Notes under the pieces: model-generated
Database searches by the model: none
Told to the model about the DNA's origin: nothing
Seen by the model: the letters and a program-made list of their open reading frames with translations, nothing else
Shown: positions 31,301-40,850 of the stretch, one piece after another
Layout of the letters: every line of letters starts with the position of its first letter
How positions within the stretch are numbered: the first letter of the stretch is position 1
Assembly: GCA_028281845.1 (NCBI GenBank)
Contig: JANQJD010000013.1
Coordinates: 11,615 to 75,614, forward strand
From: Rhodospirillales bacterium
GTDB taxonomy: Bacteria; Pseudomonadota; Alphaproteobacteria; Rhodospirillales; Rhodospirillaceae
Direction: 5' to 3'
Length of the DNA: 64,000 nt
Translations under genes and position numbers: made by a program

Positions 31301-32076
31301 ACCTGCGGACTGGTGAATACGAAGACGGACAGCTCGGAGAGATTTTCATCGACATGCACAAGGAAGGGGCCGCCTTCCGCAGTCTTATGAACAACTTTGC
31401 AATCGCAATCTCTATCGGTCTCCAGTATGGCGTTCCTTTGGAGGAGTATGTTGAAGCGTTCACATTCACCCGCTTCGATCCATCTGGGGCGGTCACTGGC
31501 AATGATGCCATCAAGAGGGCGACGTCTATCTTAGATTACATTTTTCGTGAACTTGCTATTTCATATCTCGGTCGCAATGATCTGGCCCATGTTGAACCTC
31601 AGGACTTGTTACCACAGATATTTACTGGTAGTGGTAGTGCGGATGGCGCACTTGCCAACGGAGATATCAGCCATCTGATTGAACGGATTACCAGCCATGG
31701 GTATGTGCGCTCGAGTAATCGTTACGTTCTGACCAATTCCCCCCCTCCGGTTCAAAAGAATCCAGAGGATGATCAGAAAGGCCATGTCCTGGCCGCATCC
31801 CCGTATCAGTGCGATGGGAGTACAACGATGCCGCCTGTCTTACGGAATGTCAGTCAATCTGCAGGTGGTGGGCAATCTGCAGGTGGTGGGACGGCGGAGA
31901 AAAAAAGCACGCCTCCGCTCCCGCAGTGGCAGCCGATTCGGGCAATCTTGGTTCGGGAAGCGCGGATGCGAGGGTATGAAGGAGCCTCATGCAGTGAGTG
32001 CGGTAATTTTACTCTGATTCGTAATGGAACATGCTTGCAATGTGATACATGCGGAACTACTAATGGATGTAACTAA
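28369..32076 (+). CDS. nrdJ: adenosylcobalamin-dependent (class II) ribonucleoside-diphosphate reductase
   Basis: 1235 aa. Large alphaproteobacterial NrdJ architecture, active-site region NPCSEY, C-terminal Cys-rich zinc-ribbon-like tail (CSECGNF...CLQCDTCG). Confidence 0.93.
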   Translation: MRVTRVYTIEGQSPYDGLTFKTMSSEIRNPDGSLVFHFGRLEAPADWSQVACDILAQKYFRKAGVPACLKPVPEENVPQWLWRHESDMVAMADLPPERRYGAEHDARQVFNRMAGTWTYWGWKGGYFDSEADARAYCDEMCFMLCRQMAAPNSPQWFNTGLHWAYGIDGPSQGHYYVDHHTGEAVRAKSSYEHPQPHACFIQSIDDDLVNEGGIMDLWVREARLFKYGSGTGTNFSPLRSAGEPLSGGGRSSGLMSFLKIGDRAAGAIKSGGTTRRAAKMVIVDIDHPDIEAFIDWKIMEERKIAAMVTGSSICNTHLNAIMRACTPDKCDPEANKALQEALVAARQVMIPESYLQRAIQLARQGFTTLTFPVLDTDWDSEAYMTVSGQNSNNTVRVSDAFLDAVRADQDWLLRRRVDGVAQKKVSATQLWAHIGEAAWQCADPGLQFDTTINAWHTCPASGRISASNPCSEYMFLDDTACNLASLNLYAFHKADGHFDIAAFRHAVRLWILTLEIAVLMAQFPSRRIAELSYRYRTLGLGHANAGGLLMASGLPYDSHAGRAMIAGITALMTGVAYRTSAEMAASLGPFPGFFDNRAPMLRVVRNHRRAAYGLTEGYEDLRILPVPFDDCPDRVLAEAARAAWDEALSLGEAHGYRNAQVSVVAPTGTIGLVMDCDTTGIEPDFSLVKFKKLSGGGYFKIINRMVQGALRTLGYDESQIAAIVRYTVGAGTLREAPAINHQTLQARGFDDSSLEVIERAAAAAFDIRFIFNKWSLGFDFCHHTLNLSPEQLADPEFDMLAALGFTPEQVEAANTYCCGAMTVEGAPTLKPEHLSVFDCASLCGRWGTRFLSTESHIRMMAAVQPFVSGAISKTINMPTTATIEDCQEAYWLAWRLGLKAIALYRDGSKLSQPLQARLLAERDTNIDGTVIVLPAAARAAVVAERIVEHVMVHPNRQRLPHRRKGYTQKASIGGHKVYLRTGEYEDGQLGEIFIDMHKEGAAFRSLMNNFAIAISIGLQYGVPLEEYVEAFTFTRFDPSGAVTGNDAIKRATSILDYIFRELAISYLGRNDLAHVEPQDLLPQIFTGSGSADGALANGDISHLIERITSHGYVRSSNRYVLTNSPPPVQKNPEDDQKGHVLAASPYQCDGSTTMPPVLRNVSQSAGGGQSAGGGTAEKKSTPPLPQWQPIRAILVREARMRGYEGASCSECGNFTLIRNGTCLQCDTCGTTNGCN
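31855..31890. repeat. perfect in-frame tandem duplication, 2 x 18 bp (caatctgcaggtggtggg) inside nrdJ
   Basis: Read directly. It starts on a codon boundary and encodes [12 protein letters not shown] in the linker before the C-terminal Cys-rich tail. Confidence 0.92.
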
Positions 32077-32170
32077 TATGGATGTGGCGGTGTGGAGGAG
32101 GGCATCGAACGCCCTCTGCCTCTCTCTTGCAGACTTTTCACATGTAAAAAACTGATCACAGATCAGTTGT

Positions 32171-32725
32171 TTAATTTTCTCTGTCACTCACTTTGCTGAG
32201 TCGCTCTTTCGCAAGAATCACCGCTTTTTCAAGCTCGTTTTCTGAACACAGCCCTAACGTCACTGGATTGCGTGGCTTGATGTTAGCGGTATTCCAGTGG
32301 GTACGGCCTCGCACGCTGGTAATCGTTGTCTTTGTCGTCCCGATGAGCTGGCATATTTGGGTATCGGAAAGCTCTACATGATGCCTGAGCAACCAGGCAA
32401 TGGCGTCAGGTCTGTCCTGCCTTTTGGAAACGGGCATATAGCGTGCTCTTCCCCCCTTAGGTCTTTGTGGAGAAAGCGGCAACTCTGTACGGAGAAGACA
32501 GAGCCGTGATTCTGGACTCCGTTCACAACGCTCAATTTCGGCCCGTGTGACTTGTCCATTAGTGACTGGATCGAGGCCGATGATTCCGGTCGCCACTTCC
32601 CCGTCGGCAATCGCTTGCACCTCCAGTGCATGCATGCCGCAAAACTCAGCAACCTGTTCAAAGGTTAGCGCAGTATTTTCCACTAGCCATACCGCTGTAG
32701 CCTTAGGCATAAGGGGCAGCGCCAT
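32171..32725 (-). CDS. DUF1013 domain protein (TrcR-like cell-cycle regulator family)
   Basis: MALPLMPKATAVWLVENTALTFEQVAEFCGMH..EVQAIADGEVA is the conserved DUF1013 N-terminus. GAGGA RBS before ATG 32725. ORF track start 32878 rejected. Confidence 0.7.
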   Translation of the reverse strand: MALPLMPKATAVWLVENTALTFEQVAEFCGMHALEVQAIADGEVATGIIGLDPVTNGQVTRAEIERCERSPESRLCLLRTELPLSPQRPKGGRARYMPVSKRQDRPDAIAWLLRHHVELSDTQICQLIGTTKTTITSVRGRTHWNTANIKPRNPVTLGLCSENELEKAVILAKERLSKVSDREN

Positions 32726-32953
32726 AATACTCCTCACAACCATTATGAGATAATTGGTGGAACTGACCTGTATGTTGTGTTGATACACGCCGTTGACACA
32801 CAAAAGTGACCTGCATCTAGAAAGAACAGATGGACTTTTAGATGTCCTGTAATCGGTGTAATTTGTCAAAAAAATCAATAAAAATATTTATTACTTCTGT
32901 AGAAGAAAAAACATATTTCGAATAGAGTAAAATCCTGTCACTTTTTTTCAACC

Positions 32954-33901
32954 TCAGACGCCAGCCCTGAGACGAGACTGGAAACGCGTGGGATGGGCTG
33001 GATAGACGCCGAGAAGATGTAAGGACCGAGAGAAAAAGCCTAATTCTTCTAAGGCCAATCGTAAACCTGAACTATCGGGGTGTGCTTCCACCTCAGCATA
33101 AAATTGCGCAGCAACGAATGCACCTTCTACTAAATAACTCTCAAGTTTTGTCATATTAACACCATTAGTAGCAAAACCTCCAAGCGCTTTGTACAACGCC
33201 GCTGGGACGTTACGCACAGTGAAAAGGAAAGATGTGACTACCGGTCCACGGGCTGGGTTAGGATTAATAGGCGTTCTAGCCATTACAATGAATCGAGTAG
33301 TATTATGGTCAGCATCTTCGATGTTGGCCTTCAGCGAAGTCAAGCCGTAGATTTCTCCAGCTAGAGCAGAGGCTATCGCTGCACGTGTTCTATCACCACT
33401 GTGGGCGACCTCTGCGGCGGCCCCAGCTGTGTCTGCAGCAATGACTGCTCGCAGACCAAGAGCACGGAGAACATTACGGCATTGTCCCAGTGCATGGACG
33501 TGACTGTGCACAGTGCGAATGGACCCGAGCGTTGCTTCCGGCAGAGCCAGAAGATGATGGTTAATACGTTGGAAATGCTCAGCTACAATGTGTAGCACGC
33601 TGTGCGGAAGTAGATGATGGATATCTGCGACTCGCCCAGCTACGGAATTCTCAACAGGAATCATACCAAAACAAGCATGACCTTCTGTGACAGCCGCAAA
33701 AGTTTCTTCAAACGTATCGCATGCTAGTGGAGTAAGCTCTGGATAAGCAGTAAGACATGCAAGATGCGAATAGGCCCCCGCGATTCCTTGAAAGGCAATT
33801 GTTTTTTGAGGGTCAGATGATACGGCCCCAGTTTCTGTAAGAGAAACTGCTCCATCGCGCAGATGGGGAACAGTGACAAGCACAGAAGACTTTTTTTTCA
33901 T
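32954..33901 (-). CDS. pheA: prephenate dehydratase
   Basis: IAFQGIAGAYSH start of the PDT domain, NTTRF motif, C-terminal ACT-like domain. 315 aa. Confidence 0.85.
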   Translation of the reverse strand: MKKKSSVLVTVPHLRDGAVSLTETGAVSSDPQKTIAFQGIAGAYSHLACLTAYPELTPLACDTFEETFAAVTEGHACFGMIPVENSVAGRVADIHHLLPHSVLHIVAEHFQRINHHLLALPEATLGSIRTVHSHVHALGQCRNVLRALGLRAVIAADTAGAAAEVAHSGDRTRAAIASALAGEIYGLTSLKANIEDADHNTTRFIVMARTPINPNPARGPVVTSFLFTVRNVPAALYKALGGFATNGVNMTKLESYLVEGAFVAAQFYAEVEAHPDSSGLRLALEELGFFSRSLHLLGVYPAHPTRFQSRLRAGV

Positions 33902-33936
33902 TTATTCGACGACCCTTGGCGTCCTCACATGTTCTG

Positions 33937-33956
33937 AATCTCGCGTAATCTCGCGT
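33937..33956. repeat. perfect tandem duplication, 2 x 10 bp (aatctcgcgt)
   Basis: Read directly. 36 nt upstream of the pheA start. Confidence 0.9.
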
Positions 33957-34577
33957 ATTAGATTTGTTGGCACAGTGCTTTTTTGTGCCGAACATGTCTC
34001 TTCTACGCACCGCGCACTGATACCATACCATACCGTTGTGAAAGGTTGCCGTCCAGCAGGCTGCAGGCATGGCCGTGACGAGCCTTGTCATGGCACCACA
34101 GATCATCGAATTTCCTTCCTTTAAGGAAGGAGGATAAAATTCTAAAAAATATATTTTATTAGTAGAAATAGATTTCTATTCAGTAGTTCAGTATTGGTAC
34201 AACGATGCATCGTAAGGGATGTTGATCATGATTCGCTCAAAAGCACGGGCACAGATCGCAAACGGCTCGCGCAGACTTCCCAAATACACCGCCACTGCGC
34301 CGCGCGCCTATCCCAGAAAAAAGAGTAGAGTGCGGACCAGGGATTCAGCACAAATCTCGAGGCGCAAGGGTGCAATTCTCAAAAGGGTACAAGCAATCAG
34401 GAAAAAGGGTAGGCCTGTCCTTTCATTGGCTCTTCTTTTTGCTCTGAGCTGAATCGCTGAATCACATTCACCACCGATGTCATCATGTAGAGCAGCTGCG
34501 CTGCTCTTTCACAACAAGAAAGCACTCCGCTTTTTACCATAGGTCATCATTTAAGATATCCTGCAGATGTTTACTCT

Positions 34578-34611
34578 AATGTAAGCAGTGCTTCAATGTA
34601 AGCAGTGCTTC
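34578..34611. repeat. perfect tandem duplication, 2 x 17 bp (aatgtaagcagtgcttc)
   Basis: Read directly. In the pheA/purD gap. Confidence 0.92.
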
Positions 34612-35001
34612 ATGCCTCTTGGCGATCATTGTGCCCCAACGCCAATTGCTGCTCATGAAGTCAAGAAGTCAAACAGACCATGCCACGCAGCAGGAAAGTT
34701 CATCCTCTGAGTTCTACTCCAGGCCACGGCATAGTCTCGATTGACATTGGAAAATATTTGACAGCTTTTTATTTGAGATCTTTGAAAAGAATTTGTATCT
34801 GTTTTTACAACACATTCTTTGGCATTCGCTCACTGGAACAAGGCTTGAAATGAAAATGAAAAGGAGGCGCGCAGCAACATGTTTCCGGATAACAGTCTCT
34901 CTCTCTGAAGAGAACGGATGTCGTGTTTGCAATCGTGTGCGCTTCAAAACACGGAAAAGTCCTGCTGCGACGAGCCATTCACGCTTTTTGCAAGCAAAAT
35001 T

Positions 35002-35035
35002 ATACTATCCTAGAATAGATACTATCCTAGAATAG
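35002..35035. repeat. perfect tandem duplication, 2 x 17 bp (atactatcctagaatag)
   Basis: Read directly. About 80 nt upstream of the purD start. Confidence 0.92.
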
Positions 35036-35113
35036 GAATGTCCGGAGGGATCACTGGCCTTCATGATTAGCCTTGCCGTACACGCGATTTGAGTTGAGTG
35101 TAGGAGATTCATC

Positions 35114-36421
35114 ATGCGTGTCCTCGTTGTCGGCTCTGGAGGACGCGAACATGCTCTGTGTTGGGCGATTCGCCAATCACCCCTATGCCAAAGGTTGTTT
35201 TGCGCACCTGGGAATGCCGGAATTGCCGTTGAAGCTCTTTGCGTTCCCATAGCCGTCACTGAGCACAAAAAGCTTGTCGCCTTTGCACAGGATGCAGCTA
35301 TTGATCTGGTAGTGGTTGGACCAGAGTCACCGTTAATTAACGGGCTTGCTGATCAAATGGCAGCGGCAGGTATTCGCTGCTTTGGCCCGTCGGCGCAGGC
35401 GGCATTTTTAGAAGGCTCCAAAGGATTCATGAAAGATCTGCTCGTCCGCTACGGGATTCCTACTGCAGAATATGGCCGCTTCCGCACACCAGCGACGGCC
35501 AAGGCCTTCATACGCGCCTGGGATAGGCCCATTGTGGTGAAAGCAGATGGACTGGCTGCCGGTAAAGGAGTCCGCCTATGTCGGACTCTTGCAGAGGCAG
35601 AACTGGCCATTGATACCGTGATGGTGCAACGGGCATTTGGTTCAGCGGGTGATGCAGTCGTTGTGGAGGCTCTTTTAGAGGGTGAGGAAATTAGTTTTTT
35701 TGCTCTTGTGGATGGCATAGAGGCGTTGCCTCTAACGGGAGTACAGGACCACAAGGCGTTAAGGGAGGGTGACAGAGGTCCAAATACTGGTGGCATGGGA
35801 GCTTACTCTCCACCCACAGTACTGACGCCCGTACTAGAGCGGGACATCATGACACGCATCATCCTACCCACCGTCCGTGGTATGGCAGATGTGGGACGCC
35901 CGTTTCGAGGGGTGTTATTTGCCGGCGTGATTCTGACAGACGATGGCCCTAGGGTACTCGAATTTAACGTGCGATTTGGAGATCCAGAGTGTCAGGCGTT
36001 GATAATGCGCTTACAATCAGATTTGCTGCAGATTCTGCTGTCTGTCTGTGACGGGAGGCTCTCCTCTGTCGCCATAGATTGGTATGAGCACGCTGCCCTA
36101 ACGGTAGTGATGGCAGCAAGAGGCTATCCTGGTCCTTTCTCCAGAGGGAGTGAAATCCGTGGCCTTGAAAGAGTCATGGATTTGCCAGATGTGAAGGTCT
36201 TCCATGGGGGTACTCGTCAGGACGCGACAGGTCGTTTTTTCTCTGACGGCGGCAGAGTGTTGGGAATCACCGCAACAGGTCCCACTGTCGCTGAGGCACA
36301 AGCACGCGCTTATGCAATAGTCCAAAAAATAGACTGGCCAGAAGGATTCTATCGGCGCGATATAGGCTGGCGAACTGTCAGGCACTCAGGCACAACGAGA
36401 GCGCTGCAAGATTCTCCATAG
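35114..36421 (+). CDS. purD: phosphoribosylamine--glycine ligase
   Basis: MRVLVVGSGGREHAL N-terminus, ATP-grasp domain, 435 aa. Confidence 0.95.
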   Translation: MRVLVVGSGGREHALCWAIRQSPLCQRLFCAPGNAGIAVEALCVPIAVTEHKKLVAFAQDAAIDLVVVGPESPLINGLADQMAAAGIRCFGPSAQAAFLEGSKGFMKDLLVRYGIPTAEYGRFRTPATAKAFIRAWDRPIVVKADGLAAGKGVRLCRTLAEAELAIDTVMVQRAFGSAGDAVVVEALLEGEEISFFALVDGIEALPLTGVQDHKALREGDRGPNTGGMGAYSPPTVLTPVLERDIMTRIILPTVRGMADVGRPFRGVLFAGVILTDDGPRVLEFNVRFGDPECQALIMRLQSDLLQILLSVCDGRLSSVAIDWYEHAALTVVMAARGYPGPFSRGSEIRGLERVMDLPDVKVFHGGTRQDATGRFFSDGGRVLGITATGPTVAEAQARAYAIVQKIDWPEGFYRRDIGWRTVRHSGTTRALQDSP

Positions 36422-36682
36422 TCTCCCAGACTCCCATGAAAAGGAACGGATGAATCGGTTCTTTCGCATCCCTATGGGGTGGTGGGTAATTTTTTTTAAA
36501 AAGAGAAAAATGCAAAAGGGGTGGATTCTCTTCTGTCCTACTCACTTGCAGCCATGACACAGCTGTACAGCTAGCTGTTAAGGGGAGCTCTAGTCCTTTG
36601 GGCAATCACTCACCACCACCAGCTTCCCTGAGCTCCATTCCCTCACACTAGCAGGCAAGGTGCTCATAGAATCTTCTCTTCT

Positions 36683-37279
36683 CTATGCTTTCTCTATTGC
36701 AGGATTTTTGGCTGATGATATGTTATTCAAACGGGCAGTGAAACCAGAAGAATCTCCTATTATAATAAGTGGTAAATATTCTGCAATTTTATCTAGCGTA
36801 GGATTAAGCCATAAAAAATCTTTAATACTGAAATTTTCCATGACATGTTTTATTACAAGATTTTTCTTTCCTGGATGTCCAATACCTATGCGGACCCTTT
36901 GATAATCACGCGCCAAGTGTGTATCAAGACTTCTCAAACCCTTGTGCCCAGCGTCTCTTCCTCCCCTCTTGATCCGCACCTTGCCTGGCGGCAAGTCTAG
37001 TTCGTCATGAAATACCACCACTTCCCGGAGAGGGATGTTAAGAGAACGAACAACTGCACTCACTGCCTGACCAACGTTGTTCATATAGGTCAGTGGTTTC
37101 ACTGCACGTACTATAGTCCCAGCGACAACGCCATCGGCTATTTGTGCCTGAAAGTGAGCGTTTTTGAATGGCCTAAACACGTGACGATGAACTATTGCAT
37201 CGACTGCCATGAATCCGATGTTGTGACGATGACCTGTGTAATACAATCCTGGATTACCCAACCCAACTATTAGAAACAT
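36683..37279 (-). CDS. pth: aminoacyl-tRNA (peptidyl-tRNA) hydrolase
   Basis: The MFLIVGLGNPG...HN.GF start is canonical Pth. Start set to ATG 37279. Downstream of rplY, as in many bacteria. Confidence 0.92.
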   Translation of the reverse strand: MFLIVGLGNPGLYYTGHRHNIGFMAVDAIVHRHVFRPFKNAHFQAQIADGVVAGTIVRAVKPLTYMNNVGQAVSAVVRSLNIPLREVVVFHDELDLPPGKVRIKRGGRDAGHKGLRSLDTHLARDYQRVRIGIGHPGKKNLVIKHVMENFSIKDFLWLNPTLDKIAEYLPLIIIGDSSGFTARLNNISSAKNPAIEKA

Positions 37280-37289
37280 CGCCCGTTCC

Positions 37290-37889
37290 TCACGATTCTG
37301 TCTCACCCACTTTTTCTCTGCGGCTTGGAGAGACTATCGTGGCGATAGTCAGGTCAGTGTCTGGATGGAGCAGACTCACTCCTTCAGGGAGCTTAATCTG
37401 GCTCAGATGAAGAGAATCGCCAATTTTCATGCCTGTAACGTCAATCTCAAGGGAAACGGGAATGGCAGCGGGACGGGCAACAATCTCAACCGTATGTTCG
37501 ACCAGGTTCACCATTCCGCCGCGTTTTACGCCAGGTGAGGCAGATTCATTAATGACGTGAATCGGCACTGCAACATGAAGGAGAGAGTCCGTTCCAATAC
37601 GCTGGAAATCTGCATGGAGAATGGTATCAGATACAGGGTGGCGCTGCAGATCACGGCATATAGCACGTACCTTCGTACCTTCCAGTGCAAGATCAAACAT
37701 GCGAGTGAAAAAGCCCGGCTTGTTCATTTCAGCATTGATGATTTTTGGATCAATTAAAATAGAAACAGGAGGCTTTTTGTCACCATATAAGGTTGCTGGA
37801 ATGAACCCTGTTTTACGGACAGCGCGAGCATTGCCCTTACCTGTGCCAGTGCGTACAGTAACCGCGAGTACCGTGACTACAGTAGTCAT
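37290..37889 (-). CDS. rplY: 50S ribosomal protein L25 / general stress protein Ctc
   Basis: 199 aa. N-terminal RTGTGKGNARAVRKTGFIPATLYG is typical of L25/Ctc. Confidence 0.9.
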   Translation of the reverse strand: MTTVVTVLAVTVRTGTGKGNARAVRKTGFIPATLYGDKKPPVSILIDPKIINAEMNKPGFFTRMFDLALEGTKVRAICRDLQRHPVSDTILHADFQRIGTDSLLHVAVPIHVINESASPGVKRGGMVNLVEHTVEIVARPAAIPVSLEIDVTGMKIGDSLHLSQIKLPEGVSLLHPDTDLTIATIVSPSRREKVGETES

Positions 37890-38021
37890 TGCTCTGAACC
37901 CTGCGTGTTAAAATTGAAAATCCCCCCAAGAGAGACAGGCCGTACGAGGCGCATTTTGCGGTCTTCTCTCTCTTGACAGCAGATACGACATCGCCTTTCC
38001 TCTCCCCTTGCCTACCAAGGA

Positions 38022-39380
38022 TTACGGATACGGATATCTTCTTTCTGCCGAGTCAATCAAGTGGATAAAAGAGCCCATGACATTGCCGTGCCGTAAGCCA
38101 GCTGTTCCCAGAGATTGACCAGTCGCATCAGCAACAGCAAAGAGCACTTCACCTGGTCCCTCACTGAGGAGGGTAGCATAATGAAACTCATGACCGCGGA
38201 AGACAGCACCCGTGTCACCCAGAGGGCTTTCTCTCAAAAGAGAGACGACACGGTAGCCAAGATGCAGTTGCCGTTGCGCGAAGCTAGTGACGATGGGCAG
38301 CACCCCTGCCATCCTATGCTGGTGCCCGTCGGCATCAATCAGAGCATGGCCCAACACCATATAACCGCCACACTCGCCGAGGATGATACGGCTACAACTA
38401 GCTGCTTTTTTTATACCATTCATAAAATGAATATTACTACTCAGTAACTGAATATGCAGCTCAGGATATCCTCCCGGCAGGTAAATGGCATCACAATCAA
38501 CGGGTGGGGACTCGTTATTTAGAGGGGAGAATGGCACTACTTCTGCTCCCTTCTGGGACCAACCCTGCAGAATCGCAGGGTAAACAAAGGTAAAGGCATC
38601 ATCTAGCGCAACAGCAATGCGCTGCCCCAGGGGGGGCAAGGGCGTGATCTGGCCGCCAGCTGCGGTACATGGCAGCAGACGTGCTGGCCTTGCGAGATTA
38701 GACACCGCATCGACATCTACAGAGCGGCTGACAATATCCGCTGCCGATTCGAGGAAGGGATTAAGATCGGGCAGTTCGCGAGCTTGCACAAGGCCCAGAT
38801 GCCGTGTGGGAAGCTCCAATCGTGTCTCATCTGGAACAGATCCAAGCACGACCGTCTCTGGAACGCAACGTGCTAACGCTGCGCGCACGACTTCTACATG
38901 GTGCTGGCTACTGGCGCGATTCAAAATCACACCAGCCAGGTATAAATGAGAATGGAAACGAGAGAAACCTTGGACTGTAGCAGCTGCTGAGACTGTCTGG
39001 CCGCGTACGTCTATCACCATCACCAAAGGCCATCCAGTAATTCTTGCAATAGATGCTGTTGATCCATCATTGAACGTTTCAACTGTGTCTCTAACGCCGT
39101 CAAATAATCCCATGACCCCTTCAACAACAACTAATCCCGTCCCTTCTGTTAAACAGCTCACGAGACCAATGATCGTTTCTGGACGCATCGCCCAAGTATC
39201 CAGGGAAAGGCATGAGTGACCACTGGCGGCTGCATGGAAAGCCGGATCAATATAGTCAGGTCCAATCTTGGCAGCCCTCACCAGGAGGCCACTACGGGCA
39301 AAATATCGCAAAATCCCCAGAGTGAGGAATGTTTTTCCGTCGCCAGAACGTGGCGCCGTAATGATCAATCCATTTGCCAC
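38022..39380 (-). CDS. cobB: cobyrinate (hydrogenobyrinate) a,c-diamide synthase
   Basis: 452 aa. N-terminal ATPase P-loop SGDGKT, C-terminal GATase-1 domain (ECGGYM). GTG start at 39380 overlaps the SCO gene end by 16 nt. Confidence 0.88.
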   Translation of the reverse strand: MANGLIITAPRSGDGKTFLTLGILRYFARSGLLVRAAKIGPDYIDPAFHAAASGHSCLSLDTWAMRPETIIGLVSCLTEGTGLVVVEGVMGLFDGVRDTVETFNDGSTASIARITGWPLVMVIDVRGQTVSAAATVQGFSRFHSHLYLAGVILNRASSQHHVEVVRAALARCVPETVVLGSVPDETRLELPTRHLGLVQARELPDLNPFLESAADIVSRSVDVDAVSNLARPARLLPCTAAGGQITPLPPLGQRIAVALDDAFTFVYPAILQGWSQKGAEVVPFSPLNNESPPVDCDAIYLPGGYPELHIQLLSSNIHFMNGIKKAASCSRIILGECGGYMVLGHALIDADGHQHRMAGVLPIVTSFAQRQLHLGYRVVSLLRESPLGDTGAVFRGHEFHYATLLSEGPGEVLFAVADATGQSLGTAGLRHGNVMGSFIHLIDSAERRYPYP

Positions 39381-40000
39381 GGCAGACTCTGGAGTCTGGT
39401 GAGTAACGATTCAGCAGAGATCCCATGCCCGAAGTGGGCATGATAGCGCCCTTGTGGATCCATTAAATAGATGATTGAACTGTGGTCAACGAGATAGTAG
39501 GACCGATCATCTTCTGGCCGCACCTTGGCAAAGAAGACCTTGTACGCCTTCGCAGCGGCCGTGATCTGTTCCAACGTACCTGTCAGCCCAATCAAGGCAT
39601 TGTGAAAAGCAGTCACATAGCCTCGTATTTGCTCTACCGTATCTCGTTCCGGATCAACAGTGATGAATAGAGGGGCTATTTTGGCCTGCCATTCTGGCGA
39701 CAGTTGATCGTAGGCCTTCATCATAGCCTGCAGGGCAGCAGGACAGATATCCGGACAGAAAGTATAACCGAAGTAAACGAGCATGTAGCGGCCGGAGAAA
39801 TCCGACTGAGTGACTAACTGACCTTTATGATCGACTAAGGTGAATGGACCACCAATCTTGCCCTCTGCGTCTTCTGATGTCCGTTTGATTCCGTCCGACA
39901 CAGAAGGCAGGATGGACTCACCATGCATGCGTACTTCTGTGCCGATAGTCACTAGCAGAACGGAAAAAACGATGAAAAAAAGTACAAGGCCCTTTGTCAC
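39365..40000 (-). CDS. SCO1/SenC family copper chaperone (thioredoxin fold)
   Basis: N-terminal TM helix, CPDICP metal-binding motif, conserved His (VDHS). GTG start at 40000 with an AGGAG RBS. Confidence 0.88.
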   Translation of the reverse strand: MTKGLVLFFIVFSVLLVTIGTEVRMHGESILPSVSDGIKRTSEDAEGKIGGPFTLVDHKGQLVTQSDFSGRYMLVYFGYTFCPDICPAALQAMMKAYDQLSPEWQAKIAPLFITVDPERDTVEQIRGYVTAFHNALIGLTGTLEQITAAAKAYKVFFAKVRPEDDRSYYLVDHSSIIYLMDPQGRYHAHFGHGISAESLLTRLQSLPWQMD

Positions 40001-40288
40001 GACTTCTGACTCCTACTTGCATGTACAATGTACAGGTCTCAAGAGGACGCCGGCGCTTACTAGTCCTGTTCAGAATCACCGGGGATTGGGATGAGCGGCA
40101 AATTGTGAGTATAGTGCAGTGCTCGGGGACTACGCGACATGTCTCTAGTCTGGGAGAGGTCCGCTATGCGGCGCATCATGGACGACAACATCCTGATGCC
40201 CTAGAATAAAAAATCAGGTTGAAAAATGCTCCCAAACCTCTGCAAGGCCCTCCCAGAGAGCGAGGAGATCTGAAAAAATGAGTGCTTA

Positions 40289-40312
40289 GCCTTGCTCTTT
40301 GCCTTGCTCTTT
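40289..40312. repeat. perfect tandem duplication, 2 x 12 bp (gccttgctcttt)
   Basis: Read directly. In the divergent SCO/SemiSWEET gap. Confidence 0.9.
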
Positions 40313-40372
40313 TAGAACGGGTCTCAGAAAACTGGTCAACAAAGGGGACATCCAAGAATCCATGAGCTCTTT

Positions 40373-40408
40373 ATGGCGAGAATACACGCGATGGCGAGAA
40401 TACACGCG
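40373..40408. repeat. perfect tandem duplication, 2 x 18 bp (atggcgagaatacacgcg)
   Basis: Read directly. In the SCO/SemiSWEET gap. Confidence 0.92.
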
Positions 40409-40486
40409 CGCTTTTCTTGCGGTGTCGCTTCCCCCCCCCTGCCCTGAGGCTTTTTTGGCCCGTACGATAGGGGACATTACGACGCG

Positions 40487-40506
40487 ACTCCACATTACTC
40501 CACATT
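40487..40506. repeat. perfect tandem duplication, 2 x 10 bp (actccacatt)
   Basis: Read directly. In the SCO/SemiSWEET gap. Confidence 0.9.
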
Positions 40507-40561
40507 GTAGCGGGGCATGACAGCGTACCTTCACTTCGCAAAACGATGGAGTGATCTCCCA

Positions 40562-40834
40562 ATGCATGAGTTTGTACTTGTCGATCTTATTGGTTACCTC
40601 GCAGGATCGCTGACAACTGTGGCATTCTTACCCCAGGTCATCAAAACGTGGCGATCGCGTTCAGCACAGGACCTGTCCCTTGCTATGCTCGCAATCTTCA
40701 CAACTGGCGTTTTCTGTTGGTTGCTCTATGGGATTACTCTCGGTCGGTGGCCGATCATTATTCCCAACATCGTTACTCTTGTCCTGACGAGTGCCATCCT
40801 CTTTTTTAAGCTGAAGGAAAACCTAAAACTGTAA
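40562..40834 (+). CDS. SemiSWEET family transporter (PQ-loop)
   Basis: About 90 aa with 3 TM segments. LTTVAFLPQVIKTWRSRSAQDLS contains the PQ motif. Start set to ATG 40562. Confidence 0.7.
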   Translation: MHEFVLVDLIGYLAGSLTTVAFLPQVIKTWRSRSAQDLSLAMLAIFTTGVFCWLLYGITLGRWPIIIPNIVTLVLTSAILFFKLKENLKL

Positions 40835-40850
40835 TGCTAATGAATCTTCA

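Noticed and set aside
34219-34452. 77-aa Arg/Lys-rich ORF in the pheA/purD gap
   Set aside because: It is a low-complexity basic translation with no RBS and no family resemblance.
40001-40200. Cobalamin riboswitch upstream of the SCO-cobB operon
   Set aside because: On the minus strand only ttgagacctgtac weakly resembles the B12 box (gagacctg). I could not find a GGGAA / GGTG..AATCC core or the pairing elements.
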